Source: Geosiphon pyriformis uo1
Lineage: Eukaryota; Fungi; Glomeromycota
NCBI GenBank assembly: GCA_016748015.1
Contig: JAAOMT010000299.1
Span: 912,791-976,790 of the forward strand
Reading direction: 5' to 3'
Length of the DNA: 64,000 nt
This document shows positions 1 to 11,630 of this stretch, piece by piece (the first letter of the stretch is position 1; every line of letters starts with the position of its first letter). The notes beneath the pieces were generated by a model that did not search any database, had not been told where the DNA came from, and saw only the letters and a list, made by a program, of their open reading frames with translations. The translations under genes were made by a program, and so were the position numbers.

Positions 1-545
1 ATATGACTACTAATTTCTATAGTAGCCCAGTATAAACAATTTTTATGAGTTGCTGAAAAGTGGCTGGTATATTCATCAAGCTGAATAGCATCATTTCAAA
101 TTCAAAATTTTCTTCTCAAGTTGTAAAAGCTGTTTTCTCTTTATCTTCTGGTTTTATGGCTACTTGCCAGTAATTACTATCTAAGTCTAAAGTTAAGAAC
201 CATTTTTTTCCTCCAAAAGTGTCAAACAGCTTTTGGATCTTTGGTGTTATGTAACTATCTCCTTTTGTCACTCCATTTAGTTTCCAGTAATCTACACAAA
301 GTAGATTTTCCCATTTTTCTTATGGACTAATACCACTGATAATAACCATGGGCTCATTGATGGCTGAATTAGCCTGTTGTTAAGCATCTAATTTATTTTT
401 TGACGAATGATCTTATGGCTGGCTGGTGGTACTTTGTATGTTCTTTGTTTAATTGGCATTGTATCTTCAGTTTTGATTTAATGTTAGATTATGTCAGTTC
501 TGTCAAATTTATTTTCACTTGCAAAGATGTTATTAAAGTTGTTAA
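1..545 (-). pseudogene. Gypsy reverse transcriptase, N-terminal part (disrupted)
   Basis: Reverse complement matches RT of A4 (53700-54260): CVDY.KLN, WFLTLDL.S.YWQVAI, PATFQ.LI. Confidence 0.88.
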
Positions 546-567
546 GTAATATTTTAAGCTGCATACA

Positions 568-1518
568 TTATAGTGAGTCTAGATTTCTCAAGTTCATTTG
601 TTCCAATTGTTCTGATTGGAGCAAATAACATTTTTTTCGTCTGTATATTGTTTGAGATGTGATATCTACATATCTACACAGTTGTAGAAAGTCTGGAATG
701 GTGTTTGGCAGTTGGTTTTCAATTTCAGTGGTTAAGTATTCAATAGTAGTTCTTTTTGGTATCTCAATAATATTTCCTGTGTTGTTATAAATGGGAATTT
801 TGATGTGTCTATGGTTTTTTGCTGGTATGTGTAGATTGACTAATCCAATCTTTCCTGATTTACAAAGTGTTGCTTCTGTCTCAAAAATCTGAACCTGATC
901 TTTTACTTTTTTTTCTATAACTACTATGTACTGATTATATGGTAGAATGAAAATTGATTGACAGGTGGAAATAATTTCTCTCTTGTCAATAGTTTTTTTC
1001 TCTGCCATATTAACTGGTACATCTATTCTACCTGTTAATCTGAAATCTTGTATCCCTTTTGCTGTAATCCCTAATTTTTTTCTGTTTCCCACTAATACTA
1101 ATTGAGCTATCTTAACCAGAGGCAGAAATATTGCCTGTACTATCTTTTTATTTGGCTTTATAATATAGGCTTTTTCTGAGTTATTTTGTAGTATTGCAAT
1201 GATATTTTCTATATATCCTGCATCAATTATTCCTCTTCTGATGTTGATTTCTTTTTTTGCTAAACTATTTCTGGATGCTAGTTGAACTATGATTGTTGTT
1301 AAGATTTTTAGTACTACTTTGAAGTCAATGTAGGTGTGTAAATGTGGTTCCAATTTAATGACATTTTTTTCTAGATATCTTAGATCAAATCTTGTATCAG
1401 TATCATGTGCTTGTTCTGACATGATGCCTTTATTGTTATCACTAAAGCATTTAAGTTTTTGTTTCTTGGAGAAATCAGAAAAGGCAATGTATGTTTCTGG
1501 ATTTGAATTGGAGTACAA
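568..1518 (-). pseudogene. Retrotransposon dUTPase domain plus pre-RT linker (part of gag-pol)
   Basis: Trimeric dUTPase motifs AHDTDTRFDL, QLASRNSLA, GIIDAGY, KIVQAIF, degenerate motif 5 (KGIQDFRLTG). Confidence 0.9.
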
Positions 1519-1816
1519 ATCATTGTTATTTTTGTTGCCATTTTAAACAGAACTGGAACCATTATTCTTGTTATTATTGTTTTCAAAGTTTGAATTAGGA
1601 TTAATATTTAATTCCAATTCTGATGTGCAGCTGCTAATTGGTTCATTTTTCTCTGAAATCGTGTAGATCATGTGTGGTGGTAGATTGTAAATAAGATCAC
1701 ACTTATTACAATATTGAAAGTCACATGAGATCAAACAATAGTCACATAATTGGGTGTTTATTTCTTCCAACTATTGTTCTTGCTCTTCTTTTGTTAGTGC
1801 CAAATTTTGGTAGTGC

Positions 1817-2819
1817 TGTTACAGGTAAACTTGATGGGTAATGAAACTGGTAACATTTGGTGTTCTTAATTATTAGAGATGCGTCTTCTGTGTAATTCTG
1901 TTGGCTTAGTCTTGGTTATCAGTCTCTGAAGGTCTATTTCTAGATGTGAATTTACCCATTGAGTTCTTTGGTTATAAGGCACAGAATTTGTTTTTCGTCA
2001 ATTATAATGTTTTTCATAAATGTGAGTTTTCTTCTCTGAGCTAATAAATGCAGTTGTTAAGATCTGGCATTGTCTTTTCACCCTTCTGGTAAGCTATCAA
2101 GATAATGTTAATATCCAAAACCTAAGGGAAGCCTCCCTCTTTTACCAGGCTATCACAAAGTCTATTCCCAGACAGTTGATTTTTTTATGTTGTTGTTCCA
2201 CAAAAGAAAAAAAGAAAAAAAAGAAAATAAAAGAAAATAAAAGAAAATAAAGAAAATAAAAATAAAAAATAAGTGTCCTGTCAATAGCCATGATTAAAAG
2301 CTATTGTGCCAGCAGGTTAAGTAGTGGATAATAACATGAATTTAAAAAATTAAAGGGATATTTTATTGATATAATTCCATTTCGGTTGATAGCAACTATC
2401 TTTGAAAGGAAGAGTATTTAATAATTATGACCTGCAAGTCTAATTGACTCTGAGAGTTTAATTGATTTCTGAAAGTCTAATTTTCTCTCTAGATGTCTTT
2501 CTAACTTCTACAGCTACTCATTTTATACATTTTTTTTGTTCTACAAGATTACTTCTGATTGTTCTATTATTGCTAACTATTGCTTTGCTATTTCTGTAAT
2601 TGCTTCATTTTTTTATGTTATTACTAGTTATCCTATGTTATAATATGTTATCTGGTGTTATTACATGTTATTCTGTGTTATCCTACATTATAATGCATTA
2701 TCCTGCATTATTCTAAGTTATAACATATTATCCAATGTTATTATGCACTATTCTGTGTTATGTCATGTTTTGGTCACGTTTCTTCATAACTTTGGATCAG
2801 TTTTTCTACTCAGGTAACA
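1817..2819 (-). mobile_element. Solo LTR, type C (1003 bp), inserted in A1 just upstream of dUTPase
   Basis: TGTTAC...GTAACA termini; 4-bp TSD GTGC (1813-1816 and 2820-2823); removing it restores the host frame EFYEHYQ; second copy at 7213-8157. Confidence 0.92.
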
Positions 2820-3619
2820 GTGCTCATAAAACTCCTCTGGGCTTGTCTCTATGTCAAGAAAAACATCTGGGTTTGGAATGAAGACAATGTCGACCAGTTT
2901 TGGGGGATTATTTTTAATTTTCAGGATTTCACTAGATATGGCTTCTTTGACTTTGGCATTTGCCATTCTCCAGATCTCATCTTTGTCATGTGGGTAGCCA
3001 TCCAAGTAAGTTATTGTTCAGTGCCAAGCAGCAATAATGAAAATGCTATGATTAACCCAGTCGCTTATAAGGATTATATACTGGCACAATGTATTACATG
3101 TTTTTTTTTGACCAGAAATGTCATTCCATATTCTTTTGTTGAGTAACCATTCACCACAAGTAAAACATAGTTTATTGTTCCACTTTCCCTGTTTCTTTAG
3201 ATAACCATAGTGTTTCCTATAACATGATTTGCAGTAGTAGTGAATTCTGGTCCAATAGTCTTTGTTAAGGGCTATTCAAGCTTCCATGGAAGAAAGTTTT
3301 TTTTTTACAGTTCTTGCATTTAAGAGGTATATATAGCAGCTCTTTTATCAGCTCACATGAGTACTCTCTTTCCCAGCCACTAGTTATTTTCTCTGTAATA
3401 GTGTTTTCTTTTGGTGCATCTTTTTCCTTTTCTTTTCTTTTGTTGTCCTAAAAAAATACTGGTGGTAGTTTGTTGTGTTTGGTGTTGGTCCAAAAAACTT
3501 GGTATGCTTTCCAAGTAGGTTTTTTCTCTTTTTCTTCTAATTTGATGAGTGGCTTGTTATTGATAATGGTCTTGAAGTGACCACAAATGGCTGGCATGTA
3601 TGTGTGATGGCTGTTTTGA

Positions 3620-3945
3620 CTGAGCTGCAGTTCTTGTGTGTTTTAGTCGAGCACAGTATTGGTTTTAGACAGTTAGTCGTTTTCAACAAGAGCTTGGTAC
3701 TGGATTGCTTCCATTACCAATACCTTAATTGGTATTATGATGTCATTAACTTCAAATGAGAAGTTATTTATTTCACCAATTGGAGTTTTGGTTACTCCAT
3801 TGGCAGTTATAATTCTGGTGCTGGCAGCACAATTAATTCGGCAACTTAATTGGTTCATGAGTTGTTATGTGATAATGCTGTCTGCTGATCTACTATTAAG
3901 GATGAGCTTGATAGAATGGCCATCGACTTTGGCATTAGTGTACAT
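3620..3945 (-). pseudogene. Retropepsin-type aspartic protease of A1 (disrupted)
   Basis: IKLILNSRSADSII (D-S-G mutated), TANGVTKTPIGEI, ALVENDW (LVGNDW). Confidence 0.85.
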
Positions 3946-4599
3946 GGCAGTAATGAGTTTTTTCTCAAGTACGGCTCCATTAAACAAGGGTGTAGATGTC
4001 AGTTTCTCAAATTCAAATGAAAAGATAGCTGCAAGTAATTTGTCATTGGTAACAATGGCTAAAGATATGTTGCTGGTAAGTGGTTGTTTTTGGTTGGATT
4101 CTATGTTGTTGGATGAGACATTTTTTGGAATTATCAGGAGACTTAAATAGTTTTGGGAACTCAGGTTTTGGGTATACCCAGTTCTTGAACTCCACTGACA
4201 TGATCCCAATGACTGGTTTAAGGAGCTGAAAGTTGGTTGGTAAACAACCATCACCAATCTTCAGTTTTGAGTAACTCTGAATCTGAGATTTCCTGATGTT
4301 ATCTGAACTGAGTTTGGAGTTAAGATTGCTGGTGTTTAATAGACTACTTGTGGCTATAGTGGTTGATAGATTATGAGTGTTGTTAGTTGATAGATTGATG
4401 CTAGAGACTGATATACTTGGGTTAAGTATAATTACTGCATTATTAGGGTTTGATAAATTGGCTGTGTTACTAAAGAGTAATGTAATTGAGATTGGTATTG
4501 TTTTTGTGGTTAATTACTGATGTAATTTTGAGCTTGTAGTCAGCAATCAAAGTTTTAATACTGATTAGCTGATCTCAGGTCACTTATTTTTTTGTGATA

Positions 4600-6324
4600 T
4601 TCGAATTGCAAATGTTCTTGTTTATTACAATAGTAGCATACATGCATTTCCTGCTGTCACTGGTGATTGGTTGACACTGTTGGACATGGTTGATTTTGGA
4701 TGCGATTAGGGTTTCCTTGATTATTGCATTATTGAAAAGATTGATAAATTGCCTAATTGTTATTAGTTAAGTATCTCTCTAATTTCTGATTGATTGATTC
4801 ACTGAATTGCTTCAATTTGGAATCCAAGTCAGATAATCTGCTCATTACTAGATTTATGGCTTAGACATGATTGGCTTCAAGTTCAGTTGCTTTAAAATCT
4901 CTGGCATTTGTAACTATGGCTTGAAAGTCTGTTGGATGCATTGAGTGTATACATTGGAGAATGCTACTGCACAGGCCTCTAATAAATTGATTTAGAATTT
5001 GTGGCACTATAAAATAATCAGCTTGGATTGCCTGAATTTGGTGCAGATTCCTATGAAAGCATCCTAAATAGGCAGTGACTACTTTATTTTTTCTTTGCTT
5101 GATGATGGTGAAAGTGTTGGCCAATCAGTTGATGCTATTATTATTGCTGAAATATTGTAGGAATGCAAACTTGAATGCATTAAAATCTTGAGATTTGTTA
5201 ACCAAGCTTTAATACCACGAGTTGGTGGTATTCTGAAGAAAATATGAGATGGCTTGCATGGCTCTGACATTATTTTATTTGTTAGTGGTAATTGCTTTTT
5301 CAACATTGTTTAGCCACACTTGGGCATTATCTTCTTTGCCCATGAATTTTTCAAGCTTTGCTATTGGCGCATAGGCCATTGGATCCAAGTTTGGTTGTTG
5401 TTGTTGTTGTTGTTGTTGTTGAAGCAGCTGTTGTGGTTGTTAAAGTGGTTGAAGTGGTTGTTGAATAGGTTGCTGAAGTGACTGCTGTTGAATTTGTTCA
5501 ATAATTTGTTCAATTAGTGACTGATTGATGACAATTACTGAAGATAAGTTTTGCCAATTAATTGTTTCGGGGTTTGAATTGTTTTGAGTTTGCTAAGTTT
5601 GAATGTTTGGAGTTTTGACTTTCAGATTTTCTAAGATTGGGTTTTGGTAAGTAAATTCCTAATCTTCACTTTCTTCTTCTTCTGATTTTGTTACTTTCCA
5701 TGAACTTATGGTTCCAAAATCTGGTTGAGGTGGTGGTGATTGAAATCCTAATGGCATTGGTAATTGTGATTTAAATCCTTCAAAATATTTGCTTTATGGT
5801 TCTAATAATTCTGCTCTTCTTTGTTTACTTTGAAATGAGAATTGTCCAAAGGTTGATGTAGACATGTCTACTGAGAAGATATTGATGACACTTCCTAGTG
5901 TATAATGGTATGATAGATTGGTTGATGATTCAACTCTGGTTTTCTTCCAAGTGGATAGTTATATCTTTTTGAATGTTATTACTGGTGTTTGTAATCTTCT
6001 TTTGTCTTTGTTTGCATATGTGATGGAGAATTGTTGTTGGGTGTATCTCTCAATGGTTTGATTGATTTTTTTAATAATTGGTATAAAACTGTAGTTTCTT
6101 GGTAAGCTGGTATGTTGAAACAATTCTGTATAGAAATTTTTTCTTGTGGATTTAATATTAATTGTTCCTCCTAAGCAATCTGTAATTTTATTGTTAACAT
6201 AAAAGTTAAAGGTTGATTCTGTTAGGAAATAGTTATTGTTTAATTTTAATTGTTGGCTGTACTATTAAAACAAAAATTTGGTGAATTTTAAATGGTTTGC
6301 TCCTATGATTTCTGATTCTGCCAC
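4600..6324 (-). pseudogene. gag of A1: N-terminal extension, polyQ, capsid-like domain, CCHC knuckle (disrupted)
   Basis: Homologous to 39055-40845; QILNQFIRGL motif; knuckle CYYCNK.EH near 4610-4640. Confidence 0.85.
5395..5421 (-). repeat. (CAA)n microsatellite encoding polyQ just before the capsid ATG
   Basis: (TTG)n run on the plus strand inside a Q/P-rich stretch (about 5390-5490). Confidence 0.85.
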
Positions 6325-6386
6325 TTTTGGATGATTGTTGTTGGTGCTGGTTCTCTGTAGAATTATATCTTACAAGGAGTACCAAA

Positions 6387-7212
6387 TATTACAGGTAATT
6401 ATTTGGGTCTTAAAGCAAATAACAAACCCGTAATTTGATGTTCAATTAATAATCTGAATAGTAGTATCTGAAAGTATTACAATCTGAAGGTTTTGTTGTG
6501 GAGTTCTTTGTATAATGAACAGAAATTTAATAGTTGTTTTCAGTAGTCTTTTGGAATCACAATTTCATCCAATTTCTTTCTCAGTATAGTGGCTGGTAAT
6601 CTGGCAGAGATGCCCTTCTAGTAAGCTATCCTTAAATTATCAAACTTTATACTCTTCTTTTGGGGTCTTTTACCAGACTATCTTTAATGTTAATAATTCA
6701 GCACTTTTCTCTTTAATTAATTAGTAAACAAAGAAATAACAAAAAAAAATGAAAAGAAAAACAAATGAAAGAAAATAAAAAGATAAGCTAAGGCAATGAG
6801 TATTAGTATCCCGTCAATAGTCATAATCAAGAGCTATTGTTCCAGTGTGGTTAAGTATTAATTACTATCAACATGAAGTATTGATAGTAGGAGTAGATTG
6901 AAATAGTGAATAATTATTTATTAATATTTTGTGAATGAGAGGTTGTTTAAATCAAATCTAAACTGAGGGGTCTGTCTTTTCTTTTTCTAATGCTATTGAT
7001 ATATATATATAATCGAGATTTCTCAATTCTTCAATTCTTTACACCAAGAATTCTGGAATTCCTGGAATCCTGCAATTCCTTGTACAAGAATCCTGAAATT
7101 CCTGAAATTCTGCAATTCCTTTGAAAAGAATCCTGGAATTCCACATTTACTACGGCTACTTCTGATTGGCTAATTTATATGCTAATATATCTTTTATATT
7201 CTATAAGTAACA
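6387..7212 (-). repeat. 5' LTR of A1 (826 bp) with GGAATTCCAG-type U3 repeats, CCAAT and TATA-like motifs
   Basis: Starts TGTTAC at 7212, ends CCTGTAA(C>T)A at 6387, followed by PBS TTTGGTACTCC; homologous to 57170-58749. Confidence 0.9.
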
Positions 7213-8157
7213 GTATACAATAATATTAGATAACACATTATAACTTAAAATAGTACAGAATAATGCATTACAATATAAGATAACACAAAATAACACTAAA
7301 TAACATATTATAATGTAGGATAACTAATAATAACATAAAAAAATGAAGTAATAACAGAAATAGCAAAGCAATAGTTAGCAATAATAAAACAATCAGAAGT
7401 AATGTTGTAAAACCAAAAGAATGTATAAAAATAAGTAATTATAGAAGATAAAAAAAAACAGATAGATACAAACTACTAAATAAGAATTAATCCCTACTCT
7501 TTACCTATTTTTTTAATCACACTAAATAAACTCAATATAGACTTATCAACAGAAATTCAAAAAGCATAAATACATGTTTTTTGAATTTTTACATTCTAAT
7601 TGAATTAAACTTTGTTTTGTACTTTTGTTTCAGGCCTGATGCTCTTAGCATAAACGCCTCGAATCATTAACAACTTGGACAAATTGCTCTTGATTACAGT
7701 GATTGACAATACTAATTTTTCTTTTTTCTTCATTTTTCTTCTTTTTCTTTCTTTCTTTTTTTTCTTTAGTGAAGTGACAACATAAAAAAATTGACTGTCT
7801 GGAAATAGATTTTGTGATAGCCTGGTAAAAGAAAGAAGCTCCTCCTAGGTTTTTGGATATTAATATTATCTTGATAGCTTACCAAAAAGGCAAAAAGACA
7901 ATGCCAAACTCTAACAACTGTGCTTGTTAGCTTGGAAAAAAAAGCTCATCTTTATAAGAAGTTGTAATCAGCAAGAACTAAAACTCTGTGTCTTATAACC
8001 AAAGAACTCAATAAGTAAATTCACAACCAGTAAAATAAGATCTTTAGAGACTAATAATCAAAGATTAAGCCACTGGAATTACATAAAACATGCATTATCA
8101 ATAATTAAGAACACCAAACATTACTATTTCCCTACCCCACCAAGTTTATCCATAACA
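7213..8157 (+). mobile_element. Type C LTR, 5'-truncated by the A1 insertion and itself inserted in an A-type LTR
   Basis: 7220-7447 and about 7690-8157 match the reverse complement of 1817-2819; ends ...CATAACA; middle module differs. Confidence 0.85.
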
Positions 8158-11100
8158 CCACCATACTGAAAAAAAAATTCACAAAAGAAATTATTAATTA
8201 AATTTCTGTCTATTATACAAAGAACTCAACTAAAATCTTTAAATTTTAAAACCTTTAGAAATTACTAATATTTCCAGCTATTAAGCATTAAATTACAGAT
8301 TTGTTATTTGTTCTAATATCTCAAATAATTACCTGTAATATTTGATGCTTCTTGTAAAATATAATCTAACAAAAAACCAGCATCAATATTAACTATCTAA
8401 AAAAGTGGCAGACCAAGAAATCATAAAAGAAAATTATTTAAAATTTGTAAAATCTTTATTTTAATATTATCAAACTCATCTCAGACTAACAAGTAACTAT
8501 TGGCCAGCAAAATTAGCTTTTAACATCTATGTTAATGAAAAAATTAAATTTTACTTGGAAAACCAAAGAAATTTAGAAACTGCTATCAAAATTTTTTACA
8601 GTAAATTACTCCAAAGCACCACACTTTTACAAAATCATTTGTTTGCTCCACTAATTACAAAAATAAATCAAGAAATTGAGAATTACATCCAACAAAAATT
8701 TCTTATTATCTTTACAGACAAAGAAAAATTACAAACTTTAGTAGAAACACCAAGAAAAATATAACTGCTTACTTGAAAAAAACCAAGAGTTATTTTATTT
8801 ATTTACCTGTTATACTATTATATACTAAAGAGTACTATCTACATACCATGCAAATTCACATCACTATTAACTGTAAAAACACTATTATCTAGAATACTAT
8901 TTCAAAATAATCAAAAAAAAGCCAAACTATTAAGAACCTATGATAATTTTTTTAAAGGATTTAAATTATGATTAACAATACTATTAAAACTTTAATTACC
9001 ACCACCTCAACCAAATTTCGAATCTACCAATCATTGGAAAAATACCAAATCAAAAAAAGTAAAAGACAGCAATTAAGGAAATAATAATTAAAACCTGATC
9101 TTAATTAATCTAGAAATTATAACTTCAATTGTTTAAATCGAACCAAATCCAAAAAATCTAAACTCCACTTTCATTATTCATCAAGACTTACTTTCAGTTA
9201 TTATGATCAATCCATCAGTTGCACTAATTACCACACAATAACAATTACAATAACAATTATTACTTGTACTAATGGCCTATACACTAATCACAAAACTTGA
9301 GAAATTTATTAGCAAAGAAGACAATATCCAAGCTTAGTTAAATAACATAGCCAAAGCAATTACTGCCAATAATTGAGATAATATTAAAGCTCTCTAAACA
9401 ATTTCATACTTTTTTTAATATACTGCTAACTCATAATATTAAAGTTTAGCCAATAAGCTGTAAATATTCAACATGTTCAAAATTAAGTTTTTATAATATT
9501 TTAATAATAATAATAGTATTAATTGCCTATTAATTGGTTTTACCACAATCAAGCAAGGTAATACAAAAGCAATTACTACTTATTTGGAATGCTTTCATAG
9601 AAATTTGCACCAAATTCAAGCAATTAATGCAAATTATCTTACAGTAGCACAGATTCTAAACCAGTTTATTTATAAATTATATAGTAGTTTATTATAATAA
9701 ATACACTTATTGTATCTAAATACTTTTTAAGATACAGTAATTTACACTAGAGATTTTAAATTGGCCAAACTCAAAGCCAACCATGCCCAAGCCATAAATC
9801 TAGTAATAAATAAATTATCTGAATTGGATACCAAATTAAAACAATTTGGCAAAATCATTAATCAGAAAATTAAGAGATATTTAGTTAATAATCAAGCCAT
9901 TTATTAGCTTTTTTAATGTTATAAAAATCAAGAAAGCTTTAATTGTTTTCAAAATCAGTCATATTTATTATTATTAACAAATTAATAATGACAACAAAAA
10001 ATATGTAATTGTTACTATTGTGATAAACAAGATTATCTAAAAGCAAATTGCTGTTTCAGATTCAATAACCAATAATTGGAAATCAATATTAAAACCCCAA
10101 TCACTGGTTTTAAACTTTGAATTATACTTTAAATTAAAAACAATATTAATATCAGCTTTCTTATACCTTGATAATGCAATAATCAATATAGTTATTTCCA
10201 ATCTATCAGATTTCAGCACCAGTAATATATTAGCCACAGCCACAAATAATTTATCAATTCCAACAACTACCAACATTGTTATAAAACTTAACTTAAATGT
10301 TAATTGGCAGCCAAAAACCAAAAATTGCACACATCCAACAAAATTGAAAATTGGTAATAATAATATATTAACCAATCTCCAATTTATTACACCAGCCATT
10401 AAAATTATGCTAATGGAATTTGGAAAGTGAATACATCTAAAACCCGAATTCTTAGAACTATTTAAGTCTTTTAGTTACTTCAAAAAATGCCCAATTTAAT
10501 AACTTGAAACAGCCAAAACAACCACTTACCCATAATATTTTACCAGCAATAATCACTAAAGATAAATTATTTACAGCTATCTTTTTTTTCGAATTAGAAA
10601 AATTAATAACAATACCTCTATTTAGTAGAACTGCTTTTAATATCAAATTAATTACTGCTATATACACTAATACTTAAGTCAATGACCAATCTATTAAGCT
10701 AATCTTTAATAGTAAATTAGCAGACAGCATTATTACATAACAACTCATAGACAAATTAAGTTACTGAGTTGATTGTACTGCCAGCACCAAAATTATTACT
10801 GCTAATAAAGCCATTAAGACTCTTATTGGCAAAATTAACAACTTTTTTTTTGAAGTCAATAGTATTATTATACCTATTAAAGTTTTTATTATAAAAGCCA
10901 TATAGTACTAAGCTCTTATTAGTAATAACTGGCTGTTTAAGACCAATACTATGTTTAATTGAACCACTCAAGAGCTTCAGTTTAGTCAAAATAGTCAGTA
11001 CACTTGGATACCAGCTATCTGCAGTTATTTTAAAACAAATACTATTATTTAATTACTACTAATTGAGTTTGAAGAAAAAAAAAAAAATTTTTCTAGAAAG

Positions 11101-11392
11101 TCTATTAAGTTTTGTAAACTAACAATGACTACAATGAACTACTATTCATATTTTCTTGAGATAAAAAGAAAAAAAGAAAAGAGAAAAATAAACCACAAGT
11201 TATCACTACTACTAAAAAAACAGCCAACAATTAATATATATACTTAATAGAACTAAAAAAAAACCACCTTATATTTTACTTAGATGTATTAACTATAATA
11301 AAAAGCTTTCTTCCATGGGAGCTTGGATCTTATTTGGAGAGAACTACTAAGCACATACTTACTATTACTGTAAGTCATACTATTGAGAATAT
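8158..11392 (+). mobile_element. Gypsy family A copy A2 (U5 remnant, PBS, gag, protease, start of Zn-ribbon insert); heavily decayed
   Basis: LTR end CCTGTAATA at 8340, PBS 8341-8354, AAAGTGGCA at 8402, capsid ATG 9272, protease about 10660-10985; interrupted at 11393 by A3. Confidence 0.88.
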
Positions 11393-11489
11393 TATTACTT
11401 ATAAAAAAAAGTACAAGAAAAAAAATAAAAAAAACAGATAGAAAAAATAGAAAAATAGTACTTAGCAAAGGAGCACAATATTAAAAAAT

Positions 11490-11630
11490 TATGACATATT
11501 GTTTAACAATGGGCATATTGTCAATAAATTATGGTATATTTCTCAGCAATAAACACATTGTCAGAAAATCATGGCATATTGTTTAACAATAAGCACATTG
11601 TTAAAAAAAATAGGACATATTGTTTAAAAA
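11490..11630 (+). repeat. About 7 x 20-bp tandem repeat (core RCATATTGT, 40-bp higher order) in U3 of the A3 LTR
   Basis: tatgacatattgtttaacaa / tgggcatattgtcaataaat / ... / catggcatattgtttaacaa / taagcacattgttaaaaaaa; TATA-like motif at about 11660. Confidence 0.8.

Larger units (their letters stand above)
1..7212 (-). mobile_element. Ty3/Gypsy LTR retrotransposon family A, copy A1 (5' LTR, gag, protease, Zn-ribbon insert, dUTPase, start of RT; runs off left edge); decayed
   Basis: Reverse complement is colinear with copy A4 (38371-58749). LTR 6387-7212, PBS 6372-6386, capsid start MAYAPIAKLEKF at 5379, dUTPase ORF 568-1518, RT motifs at 1-545. Confidence 0.93.
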
